From an uncultured Phycisphaerales bacterium (GTDB lineage: Bacteria > Planctomycetota > Phycisphaerae > Phycisphaerales > SM1A02), in contig CALKEP010000001.1 in the NCBI GenBank assembly GCA_938084645.1, positions 64,001-128,000 on the forward strand: DNA of 64,000 nucleotides, in the 5' to 3' direction. A program made the translations under genes and the position numbers. The first letter of the stretch is position 1. Every line of letters starts with the position of its first letter. This document shows, in pieces, positions 60,114 through 64,000 of the stretch. The notes under the pieces were generated by a model. The model did no database searches. It worked only from the letters and a program-made list of their open reading frames with translations, and had not been told where the DNA came from.

Positions 60114-61117
60114 GTCTGGCCGCCGTTGATTCGGTTCGTCATGCCGCCTCGTCCCGTCGATTGCGAGGGGGTGACGTCGAATCCGCTGGGTTGGAATCGA
60201 CCGGGAGCACCACGACCGCCGCCGCGACCCTCGCCACGGCCACCGCCCTCGCCACGGCCGGGGCCGCCACGGTTTCCCGCGCCGCGACCGCCCGGCCGGC
60301 CGAAATCCTGATTGCCACGTTCGCCGCCCATGCCTTCGCCCCCGGTCGGGTCGAGCACGCCACCACCCGCATCGGTCTCGGGATCCTCGATGTCCGCTTC
60401 CTCTTCCTCCTCTTCCTCCGGCTCGTAGTAGGGAGGAATGATCCGATCCACGGCGACGTGGGTCTTGAGGGTGACGAGGCCGTTCCCGTCCCTTTCGATG
60501 GTCCCGCCGTCCTCACCGGAAGCGGTGATGGTGATGCGGAAGCCCCACGGGAGTCCGTCGAGATCCGAATCCCATTCGTCGTACCACTCGAGGCCGTCGT
60601 ACGCCTCGATCTTGAATCCGACCACCCCTTCGGCCATCGGTGTCGCGACGCCCCCGCCCGCGGGGATGTCGTCGGGGACGGGATCGCGCCGTTGCCACAG
60701 CGTGGTGCCGTACCGATCCTCGTCCACGCGGTACTGCGTCTCGTATTCGCCGCCTTCACCGTTGTAGTCGATGTCCCCGAGGGGTTCGAGCCGGGTGTTG
60801 AACACGAGGATCTCGTCTCGATCGAGGTCGAGACGACTTCCGAGCCGGATGGTGCGTCCGCCGTCGTACAGCAGCACGCGGGTGTGGAAGAGGTCCGCGT
60901 CGCGAAGGATCGAGGAAAGATCCCGGCGAACGGCGTCCAGCGCCGAGTCCGCCCGTAGGTACGCCTGGAGCCTGGTCCGCGAGATCGCCCTCGCCCGCCC
61001 GACCTGCGACAGCGTGGACACGATGGTCACGAGAACCAGCGCTGCGATCACGCCGGCGAGGACGAGTTCGACCAGCGTGAACCCTCGTCGAATTCTAGAG
61101 ATCGTATGCCTCTTCAT
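60110..61117 (-). CDS. gspJ: Minor pseudopilin GspJ with acidic and RGG-rich tail
   Basis: RRG|FTLVELVLAG; DAVRRDL; AYDGLEWYDEWDS..LP motif. Confidence 0.85.
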   Translation of the reverse strand: MKRHTISRIRRGFTLVELVLAGVIAALVLVTIVSTLSQVGRARAISRTRLQAYLRADSALDAVRRDLSSILRDADLFHTRVLLYDGGRTIRLGSRLDLDRDEILVFNTRLEPLGDIDYNGEGGEYETQYRVDEDRYGTTLWQRRDPVPDDIPAGGGVATPMAEGVVGFKIEAYDGLEWYDEWDSDLDGLPWGFRITITASGEDGGTIERDGNGLVTLKTHVAVDRIIPPYYEPEEEEEEEADIEDPETDAGGGVLDPTGGEGMGGERGNQDFGRPGGRGAGNRGGPGRGEGGGRGEGRGGGRGAPGRFQPSGFDVTPSQSTGRGGMTNRINGGQT

Positions 61118-61565
61118 AACGCGCCTCTCGATCGATGGGTTCCTGGGGCTCTCGGATGGGATCCGGCTCTTCGCCGAGTTTCGCCGCGATGAGGGTCTCG
61201 CACTCGTAGGTGCGCCCGGTGTCGTGCGTCACGACCGCGAGCACTTCGTAGGGTTCGCCGACGCCCGGGTCGGAGATCCGGATTCGGTACTCGAATTCCT
61301 CGTATGGATAGTCCCCGCGTCCCGCGGAGGAGTGCAGATCCTGGTAATCGGCGGGGCCTTCGAGCAGGACCTCGCTCAGCAGGCTGTCGAGCATTCCGGC
61401 GGCAAGGACCTTGATCTCGCCTTCCCGCTGGGCCTCGAGGGAACGCGAGGTGAGGGAGAACAGGGTCGCGAGTCCGATCGCGAGGATCACGCCGGCGATC
61501 ACCACGTCGAGCAGCGCGAACCCCGGCCTTCCGTTCGCTCGGTTTCGGTGCAGGGACGACATCAC
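61095..61565 (-). CDS. Minor pseudopilin GspI-like
   Basis: RPG|FALLDVVIAGVILAIGL (Asp at +5); position between H and J. Confidence 0.8.
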   Translation of the reverse strand: MMSSLHRNRANGRPGFALLDVVIAGVILAIGLATLFSLTSRSLEAQREGEIKVLAAGMLDSLLSEVLLEGPADYQDLHSSAGRGDYPYEEFEYRIRISDPGVGEPYEVLAVVTHDTGRTYECETLIAAKLGEEPDPIREPQEPIDREARYEEAYDL

Positions 61566-62149
61566 CAGTCCTCCCGATCGGCGCCGATCTCACCGAGGTC
61601 CGTCCGTTCCCGCAGGTAGGGCGGATCCGGGTCACCATCCCGGATGATCACGGGCCCGAGGCCGTGGGGAAGCAAGGCGATGTCGGCGCCGTCGCCGGTC
61701 TCCGATTCGATCCGGATGCGGATGTCGGGTCGGAGTCCGCTGGACGTCGAGGAGATGAACCAATCCGTGGGATCCAGGGCGGCGCCGTCGACCGTCACCC
61801 GGGTGAATTCGATGAACTCGGGAAGGATCAGGGAAGGCGCCATCGTGAGCGGGCGCCATTCACTGGCCTTGTCGTCGGTCTCCCGGAGCTGGAAGACGTC
61901 GAGACGCCGGTTCGCCGCGGTGTAGCTCAATGCGACGAGTTTCTGATCGGTCGATTCGGTGAAGGCGAATGCCGCGAACGCCGTTCCGACCCCTTCCACC
62001 ACGACGTCCAGTTCCCCGCGTGCGATCCCGCTCATTCGGGGCACGAGCATCGTTCCGAGCAAGACGAGCAGCACCGCCGCGATGATCACCTCGATGAGGC
62101 TGAATCCGCGGCGGTGGCGTGTTCGAGGTTGGGCGGGAGCGGTCTGCAG
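61562..62149 (-). CDS. Minor pseudopilin GspH-like, probable CTG start
   Basis: In-frame RHRRG|FSLIEVIIAAVLLVLL lies upstream of the track's GTG 62089; the only start-like codon after the gspG stop is CTG 62149. Confidence 0.75.
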   Translation of the reverse strand: MQTAPAQPRTRHRRGFSLIEVIIAAVLLVLLGTMLVPRMSGIARGELDVVVEGVGTAFAAFAFTESTDQKLVALSYTAANRRLDVFQLRETDDKASEWRPLTMAPSLILPEFIEFTRVTVDGAALDPTDWFISSTSSGLRPDIRIRIESETGDGADIALLPHGLGPVIIRDGDPDPPYLRERTDLGEIGADREDW

Positions 62150-62170
62150 GGCGAGAAGTTCCGGAACGGG

Positions 62171-62602
62171 TCAGCGCTTGCCGTGGATGATGTCGTCTTC
62201 GCCGCCGAACTTCTTGTCCGGTCCATAGCTCATGACGTCGAATTCGATGTTCTGTTCACCGGGAATGATGATTTCGTAGGGAGTCCCCCAGGGGTCGATC
62301 AGGTCCGCGGAATTCTCGAGGTACGGATCGTCGCCGTCGAGGAGGACTTCGAGGGTGAAGTCGTCGTCGATGTTGCCCGTGGTGTTCTGCGTGATGTACA
62401 GGCGCACGGCGTTGGCGAGGCTGTTGACCTCGGCGACCGCCTTGTCCTCGTTCGCTCCGGCGAGGAACCGGGTCAGTCTCGGCACGACGAGCGTCGCGAG
62501 GAGCGCGACGATGGTCACCGCGATGATGACCTCGAGGAGGCTGAAGCCTCGTCGCGGAGCGTGGATACGGGACGTTGCGTGTCGGGAAGTGGTGCGGTTC
62601 AT
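62171..62602 (-). CDS. gspG: Major pseudopilin GspG
   Basis: RRG|FSLLEVIIAVTIVALLA; DPWGTPY; MSYGPDKKFGGEDDI Ca-binding end; start could be 62617 or 62674. Confidence 0.92.
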   Translation of the reverse strand: MNRTTSRHATSRIHAPRRGFSLLEVIIAVTIVALLATLVVPRLTRFLAGANEDKAVAEVNSLANAVRLYITQNTTGNIDDDFTLEVLLDGDDPYLENSADLIDPWGTPYEIIIPGEQNIEFDVMSYGPDKKFGGEDDIIHGKR

Positions 62603-62670
62603 TGCGTGTCGGTCCATGTCGTGGGACGGGCCGAAGGCCCTTGAGGAGGCGGAATCAACGGTGATGATAT

Positions 62671-63891
62671 TCATCGGCCCCCGGCGACCGCCTGCTGCAT
62701 CTCGAGGAGGGGAAGCAGGATGGCGGCGAGGACGAAGGCGGCGACGCAGGCCATCACGACCAGCATCGCCGGTGGGAGCGCCTTGCTGAAGATCTTGAGG
62801 CTGTTGTTCACCTGGCGATCGAACGCCGAAGCGGCGTGGAGGAGCATCCCTTCCAGCCGGCCGGATCGTTCTCCGATGTTGACGATCTGGACGAGGAGCG
62901 GTGGGAAGTGGCCGCATCGTTCGAGCGGCGTGGCGAGCGAGCCGCCGGTGGTGACGCGTTCCCGAACCTCGTCGATCGCGTCCATCATCACCGTGTTGCC
63001 GAGCGTGTCCCGGACGATTCCGAGTGACGTCAGGATCGGGATGCCGGCGGCGCAGAGCGTGCCGAGGGTCCGGGTGAACCGGGCCACTGCGATGTCACGA
63101 AGAAGCGTGCCGAGGAGGGGGACCTTCAGGAGAAAGCCGTCGACCTTGCGTCGGTTCGCGGGGACCGCGGTCCAGGCCCGCCAGCCGAAGAAGCCGCCGA
63201 TCGCACCGGCGATCATGAGCCACCACCAGGCCCCGACGAAGTCGGCGACCGCGAGTAGGACCTGCGTCGGCCAGGGGAGCGGCACGTCCTGGGCCTGCAG
63301 CGGCACCATCAGTTTCGGAAGGAGCACCGTGACGAAGATCACCACGCTGATCGCCATGATGACCATCACGATCATCGGGTAGATCGTCGCCCCGACCAGT
63401 TCCCGCCGGACCTCGACGCTGCGTTCGAGAAGGTCGGAGAGCTGGTGCAGCACCTCGTGCATCTTCCCGGAGGCGTCCGCGGCGCGGATCATGCCGACGA
63501 CCATGTCGTCGAACGGGCCCCCGTACTCCTTGCAGGCCTCGTGCAGGGGACGACCCGACTCCACACGTGCGATGAGGAAGTCGAGGATGACCTCCTGTCG
63601 GACGTTCGCAGCCTGCCGACGCACGGTGACGAGTCCCTGCATCAGGGGCAGTCCCGCTTCGATCGCGGTGGCGAGTTCGCGCATGAGATTGGCGAGCTCG
63701 ACCGCGGAGATCGAGGGGCGGCTCTTCGAGTCGATGACCGCCGCCGCCTCCTCGGTGGACTCGACGATCTCCGTCGCCTGTCGACCGAGGGCGCGGATCC
63801 GGTCCACGGCGCCGGCTCGCGACGTGGCCGTGACGGTCCCCGACACCTTCTGGCCCTGTTCGTCGATTCCCTGATATGCGAATGCCGGCAT
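62671..63891 (-). CDS. gspF: Type II secretion platform protein GspF
   Basis: MPAFAYQG, RELATAIEAGLPL, ATIYP, GERSGRL, ILLPLL. Confidence 0.93.
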   Translation of the reverse strand: MPAFAYQGIDEQGQKVSGTVTATSRAGAVDRIRALGRQATEIVESTEEAAAVIDSKSRPSISAVELANLMRELATAIEAGLPLMQGLVTVRRQAANVRQEVILDFLIARVESGRPLHEACKEYGGPFDDMVVGMIRAADASGKMHEVLHQLSDLLERSVEVRRELVGATIYPMIVMVIMAISVVIFVTVLLPKLMVPLQAQDVPLPWPTQVLLAVADFVGAWWWLMIAGAIGGFFGWRAWTAVPANRRKVDGFLLKVPLLGTLLRDIAVARFTRTLGTLCAAGIPILTSLGIVRDTLGNTVMMDAIDEVRERVTTGGSLATPLERCGHFPPLLVQIVNIGERSGRLEGMLLHAASAFDRQVNNSLKIFSKALPPAMLVVMACVAAFVLAAILLPLLEMQQAVAGGR

Positions 63892-63897
63892 GGTCGG

Positions 63898-64000
63898 TCA
63901 AGCCCCGAAATCGTCGACGTCCTGGGTGGCCCGAAGGACCTCCTCAGGCGTGGTGAGTCCATCGATCGCCTTGCGGATCCCGTCCTCGCGCATGGTCACG
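63898..64000 (-). CDS. gspE: C-terminal end of secretion ATPase GspE (truncated by window edge)
   Basis: Reads VTMREDGIRKAIDGLTTPEEVLRATQDVDDFGA*, the typical GspE/PilB C-terminus, directly upstream of gspF. Confidence 0.85.
   Translation of the reverse strand, partial: VTMREDGIRKAIDGLTTPEEVLRATQDVDDFGA

Overview
High-GC (roughly 68% by eye) bacterial DNA. Gene content and style (DUF1559-like prepilin, dockerin-like C-terminal tag, eukaryote-type UDP-GlcNAc pyrophosphorylase, giant PQQ-propeller/TPR protein) point to a Planctomycetota genome, probably Phycisphaerales (inference). Three type IV filament loci dominate the window. (1) 627-15137 (+): a PilM/N/O-secretin-TPR-PilB-PilC pilus operon with a signalling cassette (PAS histidine kinase, CheY-like regulator, HD-GYP phosphodiesterase, STAS protein) inserted directly before an MshEN-bearing ATPase, followed by a stand-alone sigma-70 region-4 gene. 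(2) 39791-45668 (-): pilT-pilC plus three minor pilins, one a 798-aa Ca-binding PilX-like protein. (3) 51116-64000 (-): a near-complete type II secretion operon (E,F,G,H,I,J,K,L,M,C-like,D, lipoprotein). Between them are housekeeping genes (acs, alaS, tpiA, secG, yicC, adk, recJ, phoU, pdxJ, dapA, glmM, PTPS, ppk1). Best leads: matching sigma28/WhiG-type promoters ahead of loci 1 and 2, a ~55-aa domain shared by the C-termini of the GspL-like and GspC-like proteins, a 130-aa protein with an ~80% Asp/Glu tail, a gspH with no canonical start codon in frame behind the gspG stop, a three-way-junction RNA occluding the pilM RBS, and strong CGATCG enrichment. I found no rRNA, tRNA, CRISPR array or mobile element. 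All calls are from motif reading, not database searches.
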